The notes under the pieces were generated by a model, which had not been told where the DNA came from, searched no databases, and saw nothing but the letters and a program-made list of their open reading frames with translations. 64,000 bases of DNA, from contig NZ_JAGDXI010000006.1 of the NCBI RefSeq assembly GCF_023256325.1, positions 47,091 through 111,090 of the forward strand, read 5' to 3'. Positions 51,195 through 60,189 of this stretch are shown piece after piece. Every line of letters begins with the position of its first letter. Positions within the stretch are counted from its first letter, which is position 1. Origin of the DNA: Caldisphaera sp. Its GTDB lineage: Archaea; Thermoproteota; Thermoprotei_A; Sulfolobales; Acidilobaceae. The translations under genes and the position numbers were made by a program.

Positions 51195-52775
51195 CTAATC
51201 TAATGGTATAAACTTTAAGTCTAATCCATATTCATCTGCAATTTTCTTTATTGATTTTACCTTTTTCGCTGTAACTCTTGAATGCCTAGGTATCCTTATA
51301 ATAAGGCTACCTTCGCTTATTTCAGTCTTCGCATTAGGAATTAGCCTACTTATTTTATCTGATATAGATGAAAAGTCCTCTTCCAATAAATTTAAGCTAG
51401 TTTTACCCCCTTTACCTTCTCTATATTTTCTTCTTACAGGAATTACCATAGTTTGTTCTCCAAATGTATATAGTTCATATTCAAGTTCACCTGTCAAATA
51501 GTTCTTCACTTCAACAACAGGTCTTGCTAACTCAGCTTCTTTTAACCCAGTAGGAAGCCTTACAGTTATTTCTAATTCATAAACTTTCTCAACACTTCCA
51601 TTATTTATAAATATTACGGTATCAATTATACTTGGTATCATACCCAGTTCAACCCTTGTAGCGATTCTTTGTATTGCATCTATTGGTGATGTAGCATGAG
51701 TTACACCTACCATGCCTATTCCTGCTAATCTCAAATCCACATAGAGCTTAAAATCATCATCGTCTCTCAATTCGTCAAAAAATGTATAATCAGGTCTTGA
51801 TAAAAGTAATATATCATGGAGTTCTGTCATTTCTGCATAAGTTTTTGAATATTGAGTTACATCTGGAGGTAATCTCATATCTCTGGGGGATTCAATAGTT
51901 TTCACTATTTTTCCTTTGCTAGAATAAAATTCTGCAAGAGCCTGAGCAAAAGTTGTTTTACCAGCTCCTGGTGATCCGCTTATTAGAATTCCTTCAGCCC
52001 TTTCTAACAGTCTTTTCATTAACTTTTCAGGTAAATTATAATCTTCTAACTTTAGTCTGACTATTGGTCTTACTGCCGTTATTTCCCATCCATCGCTTAA
52101 TGGAGGTCTTGTAATTATAATTCTATAGTCTTTAAGTTGAATTATTGTGGATCCTGTTCTATCTATTTCTACAAATCCTTCCTCCATTGTAGAGGCCCTT
52201 TCTATTATTTCTCTCGACATTTCTTCAATTTGAGACCTATCTAAGGTTTTATCTGAAAGCTTAACGAATATCCAACTGCCAGGCTTGCCTATTTTTGCTA
52301 ATGGTAAAGCTCCTTCTTTCAAATGAACACTCATAGTTTTCTCATCAAAAAATTCTTCTATTTTTAGTTTTCCAGATTTCTTAGATCCCGTAAATAGAAC
52401 AGGTATATTTAACGCTTCAGAGGATTCTAACATCATCAAATCACTTGTTATTATAATAGCACTTGATTTCCAAGCGTAATCTCTAATTTCTTTTTTTAAT
52501 TCTTCATAAGTTATTTCTTTTATTAATTTTCTATCTCTTTCCACTATATCTATTTGAACTCCACTTCTTTTTATATTACCTATCTTCTTAATTTCATCTA
52601 AACCAGTAAATCCTATGCTCATTCCTTTTTTAGCTTGGTTATAAAAATACTCAATTAGATCTTTTAATATTATCACTCTTCCTACAGGAACCATACCTTC
52701 CTCAATGGCTCTCCTCGCACTACCGTCTAATACAGATTCTATGTCAACCAGATATAGGCCTGCATTTTCTACCAA
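51195..52775 (-). CDS. PINA-type PIN domain/P-loop ATPase/KH protein
   Basis: PIN-like N-terminus, SGSPGAGKTT, ESPRD, DELR, VELGMIPSIIDT, ARPV. Probable TTG start at 52775 after AAGGGG. Confidence 0.9.
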   Translation of the reverse strand: MVENAGLYLVDIESVLDGSARRAIEEGMVPVGRVIILKDLIEYFYNQAKKGMSIGFTGLDEIKKIGNIKRSGVQIDIVERDRKLIKEITYEELKKEIRDYAWKSSAIIITSDLMMLESSEALNIPVLFTGSKKSGKLKIEEFFDEKTMSVHLKEGALPLAKIGKPGSWIFVKLSDKTLDRSQIEEMSREIIERASTMEEGFVEIDRTGSTIIQLKDYRIIITRPPLSDGWEITAVRPIVRLKLEDYNLPEKLMKRLLERAEGILISGSPGAGKTTFAQALAEFYSSKGKIVKTIESPRDMRLPPDVTQYSKTYAEMTELHDILLLSRPDYTFFDELRDDDDFKLYVDLRLAGIGMVGVTHATSPIDAIQRIATRVELGMIPSIIDTVIFINNGSVEKVYELEITVRLPTGLKEAELARPVVEVKNYLTGELEYELYTFGEQTMVIPVRRKYREGKGGKTSLNLLEEDFSSISDKISRLIPNAKTEISEGSLIIRIPRHSRVTAKKVKSIKKIADEYGLDLKFIPLD

Positions 52776-52869
52776 CTTTGTTGTCCCCTTACCAATATTT
52801 TTATGTAAAATAGGAGTATAAATTATATTATTCTTTTTTAAATTCAAAGAATTTTAAAGCCATTGTTAA

Positions 52870-53238
52870 CGGCTTAGATCATTCAAACCGAAAGAAGAAT
52901 ATGTTTATCTAACATATTCTGCAAAAATAATAAAAATAAGGAGACTAAAACGCTTCTAGAGAACTATAGAAGGCCTTTTAGAGAAAGCTTTTGATTGGTT
53001 GTGGAAAAGGACAAAGATAGAAAGAAATGAGGTAAGAAGTGGAAGTAAAATCAGAACTAAGGTCAAGACTTCTTTACCTAAAAAGAATGTGTTATACAAA
53101 ACATTATTGGATTAATTAGAGAAAATTAATGTCTTGGCTTCCCATTACGTTAATAAGGCTATTAATGACGCATGTATGAGTTGGTGTTATCCTGCTAAAG
53201 AAGAGAAAAGTGAAAGATTCTATACTTTGTGGCCATAG
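52870..53238 (+). pseudogene. tnpB: Decayed tnpB (IS200/IS605/IS607 OrfB) 5' fragment
   Basis: Across two frameshifts it reads RLRSFKPKEEYVYLTYS/NNKNKETKTLLENYR/LLEKAFDWLWKRTKIER..LPKKNVLYKTLLD*LEKINVLASHYVNKAINDA, matching my recollection of Sulfolobales TnpB N-termini. Internal TAA at 53113. Confidence 0.78.
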
Positions 53239-53479
53239 TAAAGCCCAAGGATTAAGAATTGAAATATAGATTCGTCAAAATTCTATGAGTCCCAAACCTA
53301 TTAGGAGAAGAACCAAAAATCTCATTATAAAATCTATCTTCCAATTTTTCACTCATTAATTTATTAAAATAAAACTTAAAACAATATTAGATACAAATCT
53401 ACCGTAAAATATGATGTAAAATGAAGAAAATTAGTGTTTTTAATATATTAAATACAAAGAAAAACAATAATAGTAATAA

Positions 53480-54562
53480 TTATCTTAACAAATTTTTCCC
53501 GCTTTTCTTATCAAATAAAACTAATGAATCTTCTTGTATATCAAAATTTACTTCATCCCCTCTAGAATAATTAGCAAACGCCGGTTGAATTAGCCTTAAA
53601 AGAACATTATCTCCTACATCTATGTGAATAACAGTATACGCACCGATTTTTTCAGTCATAGAAACCTTTCCCTTAAATTGTCCTTTACCTATAATAGCAT
53701 CTTCAGGTCTAAAGCCTATTATAACTTCTTGTCCATCATTAATATTGTTTAAATACCTTTTAGGTAAACCAAATTTTAAATTCCCCCTAATAAATGATAT
53801 CTCATTATTCTTAACGATACCTTCAACAAGATTCATTGGAGGGTTGCCAACAAATGAAGCTACCCAGCTGTTTCTTGGATTTTTATATACTTCCATAGGA
53901 TCCCCGTAATCCTGTATTATCCCATCATGCAAAATTCCCAATTTAGTTGCTAAGGATAATGCCTCTACTTGGTCGTGTGTAACGTAAACTATTGTAGTAT
54001 TTAATTTCCTGTGAAGTTCCTTTAATTCCTCTCTAGCATATACTCTAACAATTGCATCAAGGTTTGCCATAGGTTCATCCATTAATATTATATCAGCTCC
54101 CTTTACTAAGGCTTTTGCTATAGCAACTCTTTGCCTTTGTCCGCCGCTCAATTCTGAAGGCTTTTTTTGCAAAATATCGCTTATCTTTAAAATATCAGCT
54201 ATGTATTTAACTTTTGATTCTATTTCATTTTTTGATACATGTGAGATTTTTAATGGGTATGCAATGTTATCATATACTGACATAAATGGATAAATTGCAT
54301 AGCTCTGAAATACCATTGCTATGTTCCTTTCTTTTGGTGATAAATCATCTACATTTTTCCCTCTTAAAAATACATGACCTTTATCTTGTTTAATTAAACC
54401 TGCTATAACTCTCAGAATTGTTGTTTTCCCTTCTCCTGAAGGACCTAAAATAACCGCTAATTCCCCTTTGTCGATTGACAAATTAAGACCTTTAAGAGGC
54501 GTAGTAACAACTTTTTTCGTTTTATATGTTTTCCATATATCCTCTAATTTTATGTATTCCAT
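53480..54562 (-). CDS. malK: Sugar ABC transporter ATP-binding subunit (MalK/MsmX-like)
   Basis: GPSGEGKTT, MVFQSYA, LSGGQRQR, LMDEP, YVTHDQ, TOBE-like C-terminus. Confidence 0.9.
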   Translation of the reverse strand: MEYIKLEDIWKTYKTKKVVTTPLKGLNLSIDKGELAVILGPSGEGKTTILRVIAGLIKQDKGHVFLRGKNVDDLSPKERNIAMVFQSYAIYPFMSVYDNIAYPLKISHVSKNEIESKVKYIADILKISDILQKKPSELSGGQRQRVAIAKALVKGADIILMDEPMANLDAIVRVYAREELKELHRKLNTTIVYVTHDQVEALSLATKLGILHDGIIQDYGDPMEVYKNPRNSWVASFVGNPPMNLVEGIVKNNEISFIRGNLKFGLPKRYLNNINDGQEVIIGFRPEDAIIGKGQFKGKVSMTEKIGAYTVIHIDVGDNVLLRLIQPAFANYSRGDEVNFDIQEDSLVLFDKKSGKNLLR

Positions 54563-54571
54563 TTATATCAC

Positions 54572-55462
54572 CTATTTTATCCCTGCTAAATTACTATAAG
54601 CTTTAGTCATCATCTTTTGGGATACTAAAAATAAACCCATTAATGGTAAACCCATTAGTACCGCTCCAGCTGCAAATATATTATATGCTGGAGCAGCTGC
54701 ATAATTAAACAAACCTGATAAATAATAAAGACCTATCATAGCTGTCCACTTTGTTGATGCAGGACCAATAAAAGCATATGCTAAAGCGTAATCCATGTAT
54801 GCCCCTAAAAAGCCTAGTAAGGCAGTAAGCATAACAACTGGTAAGGCTAATCTAAATATAATCCTTAAAAATGCTTGAAATCTTGATAATCCGTCTATCA
54901 TTGCTGCCTCCTCATAATCAGGTGGTATAGAATCTATAGAAAGCTTAGCTAGAAAAGCTGCGAAAACCGCTGTACCAGGAGTATATGCCAGGATTAAGCC
55001 AAGGTAATTCAATAGGTGGAATTTCGCAAATAAGAGATAGAGGGGAACAGCTGTTGCTGTCATAGGTAAAAACGTTATTATATAAATAAATGTTGCAAGT
55101 GTTTGCTTAGCTGGTATTTGCATTCTTGATAAGGAATAACCAGCTAGCATAGCTAATATAACAGATAAAACTGCTGTTGCAGCTGCTAATTCTATACTAT
55201 GTAAAACCCATATAGGAAAGTTGGGAACCTTTATAGATGGAATGAATCTTCCTTCTAAGAGCGTTTTATATGCTCCCAAATAAATATGATTTGGTATTAG
55301 CGTCTTTATGCTTATTGAAATTAATCCACCTACTTTGCTAAACGATGTCATAATAATATAATAAATAGGTAAAACTGACCATATCGCTATTGCAATGAGA
55401 ACCAAATATGAAATAATCAATCTCACAATTTTCTTAATTAACCTAAATTTCAAATTAACCAC
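54572..55462 (-). CDS. malG: Sugar ABC transporter permease (MalG-like)
   Basis: SIPPDYEEAAMIDG EAA loop. Confidence 0.85.
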   Translation of the reverse strand: MVNLKFRLIKKIVRLIISYLVLIAIAIWSVLPIYYIIMTSFSKVGGLISISIKTLIPNHIYLGAYKTLLEGRFIPSIKVPNFPIWVLHSIELAAATAVLSVILAMLAGYSLSRMQIPAKQTLATFIYIITFLPMTATAVPLYLLFAKFHLLNYLGLILAYTPGTAVFAAFLAKLSIDSIPPDYEEAAMIDGLSRFQAFLRIIFRLALPVVMLTALLGFLGAYMDYALAYAFIGPASTKWTAMIGLYYLSGLFNYAAAPAYNIFAAGAVLMGLPLMGLFLVSQKMMTKAYSNLAGIK

Positions 55463-55463
55463 C

Positions 55464-56354
55464 TCATGTTATGTTCTCCAAAACTCCAGTAAACTTTAAA
55501 ACAATTATACCAAGACCAACAGTTATTATTGTGGAAACTATTGAAAGAGCTGCTGCAAATGCATAATTATATTGGCTGAAAGCCTGCTGATAAGCATAAA
55601 CTGTAAAGGTTTCCGTTGCAATACCTGGACCCCCTCCTGTTAATATGTAAATTGGGTAGAAGTTATTCCATGTAAATACAAAGCTTGTTATAAAAACAAA
55701 AGCTATAATTTTTCTTAAGGATGGAAATGTAATTGTTGCAAACTTTTGCAAAGGTCCCGCTCCATCTACATCTGCTATTTCATAGAGTTCTTGAGGTATG
55801 CTTTGCAAACCAGAATAGAAAACTGTCATGTAATAGGGAAAGCTTAACCACAAATTGGTTACAATTAATTCAGTCCACGCAGAGCTTACAGATATCAATG
55901 AATTTACGTGAGGCAAATGAAGAAATGGTAAGAGATATCTATTCATGAATCCATACGGATCTACCCACATGCCTTGCCAAACTAATAATGAAATAAAACC
56001 AGGAAAAGCCCATGGCAAAATTAGAATGGCGTAAAAAATTGATTTACCATATAAATCCTTTTGATTTAGTATTATAGCTAATGATAAGCCTAAAGCTATC
56101 ATAGGAATTAGGCTTCCAAGAGTCCATATAACTGTGTTTATTAAAAGTGTCGCTAAATATTTATCCTTAATCATCATTTCATAATTAAACAATCCAATGT
56201 ATTTGAAATGAAGGAAGTGAATAGCTGCCATGTTAGTAAAGGAAATATAAACTGAATATATTAATGGATACAAGAAAAGAAGCAAAACAACAATAAAAAG
56301 AGGAAGAATATATAAAAAACCAATTATTTTTTGTTTTGTATTCCAACTAACCAT
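55464..56354 (-). CDS. malF: Sugar ABC transporter permease (MalF-like)
   Basis: LPWAFPGFIS, LQSIPQELYEIADVDGA, FTWNNF. Confidence 0.85.
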   Translation of the reverse strand: MVSWNTKQKIIGFLYILPLFIVVLLLFLYPLIYSVYISFTNMAAIHFLHFKYIGLFNYEMMIKDKYLATLLINTVIWTLGSLIPMIALGLSLAIILNQKDLYGKSIFYAILILPWAFPGFISLLVWQGMWVDPYGFMNRYLLPFLHLPHVNSLISVSSAWTELIVTNLWLSFPYYMTVFYSGLQSIPQELYEIADVDGAGPLQKFATITFPSLRKIIAFVFITSFVFTWNNFYPIYILTGGGPGIATETFTVYAYQQAFSQYNYAFAAALSIVSTIITVGLGIIVLKFTGVLENIT

Positions 56355-56364
56355 TTACTATACC

Positions 56365-57888
56365 TCAATACTTTGTTGAAAATTCTTGCAATAAATACAA
56401 AGAATTAGGTAGTGGAATTGGTGATAGTAAACCGGATTGCTGTAATGCTTGTATAAATGCTTGTTCCATTCCTTGAGCTGCTTGTGTTGCATTTATTTTG
56501 CTGGCAAAGAATTCACTAGCATATTGATGGAATGAGGACCAATAAGAACCCATTTGCGGTATATTTGGCATTATCATTCCATGAGTTTCTTGTTCTAAAA
56601 TGCCTTTCTTTATATTGTTTAAACACAATATAGTTGTATTAGTTGTATTGGTTTCACTTAATTCTTTTAAAGCTGTGTTGTATGCAGAAGTTAAAGCTGG
56701 AATATCCCCAGCTATATTCCATAACCTCATTTCTGCTGAATAGTTTGTTACAAATTCTATGAATAATAATGAAGCATTTATTTGTGCAGGTGTTGCCCCA
56801 GATGCTGATGGAGTTGTTATTACCCAATCTTGTGCACCAACAAATGGAGTTGCATACAGTCCAGTTTGGCTAACAACTGGTAAGGGTGCTGCACCTAAAT
56901 TACAGCCCAAAGCGCTGAAATAATTTCCTAAATCCCATGGTCCGTCAAAAATTATAGCTGTTTGATTAGATGTAAATAGTTCACCTTCTGCACCTCCTGC
57001 TCCAGGCGATGGTGCTAAGTAGTTTATTTTTAAATTATAAGTTAAATTATACCAGAAGTTTAATGCATTAACCATAGCTGTTGAATTCAAATCTGGATAT
57101 ATTTTTCCATTTATTGTAGTAAATATTTGTCCACCATAACCAGCAAACCATGCAGCAAATCTATAACCATATTCATCTGATGCACCGTAAGCAATACCCC
57201 ATATATGGTATGTTTTGTTAACATTTTCAGCAATTTGTATTAATTGATTTGTTGTATTTGGTGGTTCTGGCACAAATTTCTTATTGTAGAACATTACAAT
57301 GGAGTTTTCATCATCAGGCAAACCATATACTGAACCATTAAGCATTGAGTCCTGAATTGTAACATTTATGTATCTTGCAAAATAACTCTTAGGTAAGTAT
57401 TGAGATAAATTCAATAACCATCCTGATGCAAATGCTACGCCTGCTGAATCACTTGATACTCTTAGCACATTAGGAGCATCTCCAGCCTGTACTTCACTTT
57501 GGTAATTGCTTGCGGAGTCTTGAGCACCATACTCTACATTTACATGAATCCATGGATATTGTTGTTCGAATGCAGCTATTGTTTGATTAAATGCAGCATT
57601 TTCTGATGTACTATAAGAATCTGCAACAGTTATTGTTACAGGAGTATGAGTTGTTGTGGTAGTCGTTGTTGTCGTAGTGGTCGAAGTCGTTGGAGGTGGT
57701 GTTGTCGTAGTCGTGGTAGAAGTTACTGGAACAGAAGAAGTAGTCGTTGCAACAGGTGTAGTTGAAGTCGTAGTAATATGCTTTCTTGTTGCATAATATG
57801 CCCCAACTCCTGCTGCTATTATTACTATTACAACGACTATAACTATTGCTGCTATCGCAGTTCCACTTAAGGACCTATACTTACCCAT
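56365..57888 (-). CDS. malE: Maltose/maltodextrin-binding protein with N-terminal anchor and Thr-rich linker
   Basis: KYRS|LSG class III-like signal, TM helix, poly-Thr linker, YGLP, FDGPW, LGAAPLP. Confidence 0.85.
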   Translation of the reverse strand: MGKYRSLSGTAIAAIVIVVVIVIIAAGVGAYYATRKHITTTSTTPVATTTSSVPVTSTTTTTTPPPTTSTTTTTTTTTTTHTPVTITVADSYSTSENAAFNQTIAAFEQQYPWIHVNVEYGAQDSASNYQSEVQAGDAPNVLRVSSDSAGVAFASGWLLNLSQYLPKSYFARYINVTIQDSMLNGSVYGLPDDENSIVMFYNKKFVPEPPNTTNQLIQIAENVNKTYHIWGIAYGASDEYGYRFAAWFAGYGGQIFTTINGKIYPDLNSTAMVNALNFWYNLTYNLKINYLAPSPGAGGAEGELFTSNQTAIIFDGPWDLGNYFSALGCNLGAAPLPVVSQTGLYATPFVGAQDWVITTPSASGATPAQINASLLFIEFVTNYSAEMRLWNIAGDIPALTSAYNTALKELSETNTTNTTILCLNNIKKGILEQETHGMIMPNIPQMGSYWSSFHQYASEFFASKINATQAAQGMEQAFIQALQQSGLLSPIPLPNSLYLLQEFSTKY

Positions 57889-57964
57889 AATTTCACCCAA
57901 AGTTATCTAATTATATTGTATACACAAAGGAGTATAAATATATTTACGGTTTATATTAAAAAAA

Positions 57965-60001
57965 TTAATATTGTAAATTTGAGAGGGCTATTACATAACC
58001 GTTTAATTTGTTTTCATTATATCCTTCTTGAATAATGATTTTATGGTTATCTATTTTTATTCCGCTAATCTCTTTTCTACTTATATAAGCAATAATTTCA
58101 TCTTTTTTGAATCTTCTTTTTATAATTAACCCATCATTATTTAAAGCATTTGATACAAATGAACCATATTTTAAAGTTGAATTATTTAGCCTTATTTTAT
58201 TTAATTCTTTTATTAATAAATATATTTCTTTATTCCATTTGTTTTCATTCCAAATCATAGGTTTTCTATTATCAGGATCCTTTTGACCTGATAAACCTAT
58301 TTCATCCCCATAATATATGCTGGGAGATCCATAAATGGAATACATTATTACATAAGCTCTTTTTACTTTATCAACATCATAGCCTAAAACATTAATAATC
58401 CTTGGAGTATCATGGCTTCCCAACAAGTTATACATAGAATTTGAAACATTAACAGGTAACTTCATATATTGTTTATTTAAATGTTCTGATAGTTCGTAAG
58501 CACTAATTTCATTTATTAAAAATTTTATTATCTTTTCTCTTATTTCGTAATTCATTGCAGAATCAGCAATTTTTCCTAGGGGAAAATCTGATGAATTTCC
58601 CATAATTTCCATTATTGTTACTGATTCCTTTTCTCTATGAGCGCATTCTTTTAAAAATTCCATTGATTTATCTGGTATTCCATGAGCAACATCAACTCTT
58701 ATGCCATCAACCCCAAAACTTAACCATCTCTTAACTATTTCACAAAAATGGTTATCAACATCTATGTTATTATGATTTAGTTTCGGCATTGACCATAAAT
58801 TGAAGAAAGATTCGTAAAATGGCTTTAAGCTTTTTAATTCTTGAGGCAGTTTCTGACAGTTGTTATCTATATAATTTTTAAAAAAGTTCATTGTTTCTTC
58901 ATTTACTTCCTTTAAATCCTCTACTAAAAACCTGTACCAATTCTTTTTTTCAGAATTAAAGTCTCTTAAAGCCTCTTTGAATTCCTTTGCACAAGGGGAT
59001 GTATGATGAGCTACAATATCTATAACTATTTTCAAACCTTTTTTATGTGCTTTTTCTATTAAATCTTTAAATTTCTCATTCCCACCTAAGTTAGGATCTA
59101 CATTAAAGTGATCTATAACATCATATCTATGATAACTGGGAGATACATATATAGGAGTTAAATAAATTGTTTCTATTCCTAGGTCTTTTATGTAATCAAT
59201 TTTGTTTATTATATCATCAATCTTACCACCAATCTTTGTTGGTAACCTTTCCTTATAATCAAAATCTTTTGATAAAAAGCTATCAGGAAAAATTAAATAA
59301 TAAATCGTTCCTACATACCATGGTATTTCTTTTTCTCCATCAGAAACATAAAATGGTTTATCGTCATCAAAACCATCAAAACCAAAGTACTTTTCTCGAT
59401 TATCAATAATCAGCTTAAATTTATAAGCTTTTATATCGTTATCTGCTATTGCCTCGTAATAATCCCTGTAATTATCTGAATAAACTTTTTCTGCTTTTAT
59501 TTCATTCCAACTTTTCCCGTTAAAAAACATTAAATATATATCATCGATTTGATCTTTTATTGTAAAAATTCTTATATGATATCTATTCCCAAGTTTTGAT
59601 ATAAAAGAAGGCATAGTCTCATCATGTATTATGAGCTCATCAGATAAACCGTTTTTTATTGAGTCTCTTAAATCTTGAAGACCTATATTAGCTATAGATG
59701 ACAAGGTATCAAAAGGATAAATTTTTATGAATTCATGATCTTCCACTTCAAAATCAGTTAAAACATTGTAGTAATTATCAAAATAAAAATATTTATAAAT
59801 ACCTTCCCATATTTTTAGGGAAACTGAGCCCCTATTTCCTTCTTTTTTTAGTTCAAACCTACCTGGAAAGTAAGAAGTAAACTCGGATGCCAAATAAAGC
59901 CTTTTTGCCTTTTCAGGCCATGGGATACTGAAGGTTACTATTGGCTCTCCAAATCTTTTTCTTCCAAGCCGAGGTCTATAGTATTTATACATTTTAATCA
60001 C
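57965..60001 (-). CDS. GH13 neopullulanase/cyclomaltodextrinase (maltogenic amylase) with extra N-terminal domain
   Basis: IFPDSF, YHRYDV, DGIRVDVAH, LLGSHDTPR, YYGDEIG, DPDNR. Confidence 0.92.
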   Translation of the reverse strand: MIKMYKYYRPRLGRKRFGEPIVTFSIPWPEKAKRLYLASEFTSYFPGRFELKKEGNRGSVSLKIWEGIYKYFYFDNYYNVLTDFEVEDHEFIKIYPFDTLSSIANIGLQDLRDSIKNGLSDELIIHDETMPSFISKLGNRYHIRIFTIKDQIDDIYLMFFNGKSWNEIKAEKVYSDNYRDYYEAIADNDIKAYKFKLIIDNREKYFGFDGFDDDKPFYVSDGEKEIPWYVGTIYYLIFPDSFLSKDFDYKERLPTKIGGKIDDIINKIDYIKDLGIETIYLTPIYVSPSYHRYDVIDHFNVDPNLGGNEKFKDLIEKAHKKGLKIVIDIVAHHTSPCAKEFKEALRDFNSEKKNWYRFLVEDLKEVNEETMNFFKNYIDNNCQKLPQELKSLKPFYESFFNLWSMPKLNHNNIDVDNHFCEIVKRWLSFGVDGIRVDVAHGIPDKSMEFLKECAHREKESVTIMEIMGNSSDFPLGKIADSAMNYEIREKIIKFLINEISAYELSEHLNKQYMKLPVNVSNSMYNLLGSHDTPRIINVLGYDVDKVKRAYVIMYSIYGSPSIYYGDEIGLSGQKDPDNRKPMIWNENKWNKEIYLLIKELNKIRLNNSTLKYGSFVSNALNNDGLIIKRRFKKDEIIAYISRKEISGIKIDNHKIIIQEGYNENKLNGYVIALSNLQY

Positions 60002-60124
60002 TCAGCATCTTACTTTTTAATTTATGTGTTGACGATTATTATTAATAAATTGATGGATTAAAATTTTTAATGGATTCAATATTTAAAAACCTTATCGAGC
60101 ACCATGAGGCCTATTTGTCTTTTT

Positions 60125-60144
60125 TCGGATAATCTCTTATCTGA
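60125..60144. promoter_or_regulatory. Imperfect inverted repeat TCGGATAA-N4-TTATCTGA upstream of a TATA-like element in the divergent GH13/GH31 promoter region
   Basis: 7/8 arm complementarity read directly; followed by GTATAAACGTATAAAT. Confidence 0.3.
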
Positions 60145-60189
60145 GTATAAACGTATAAATTATTAATAAAATAATATTGTTAGAATCAG

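Noticed and set aside
57630..57780. GTCGT/GTT-rich quasi-repeats
   Set aside because: Explained by the Thr-rich linker of the sugar-binding protein; not a CRISPR array or VNTR.
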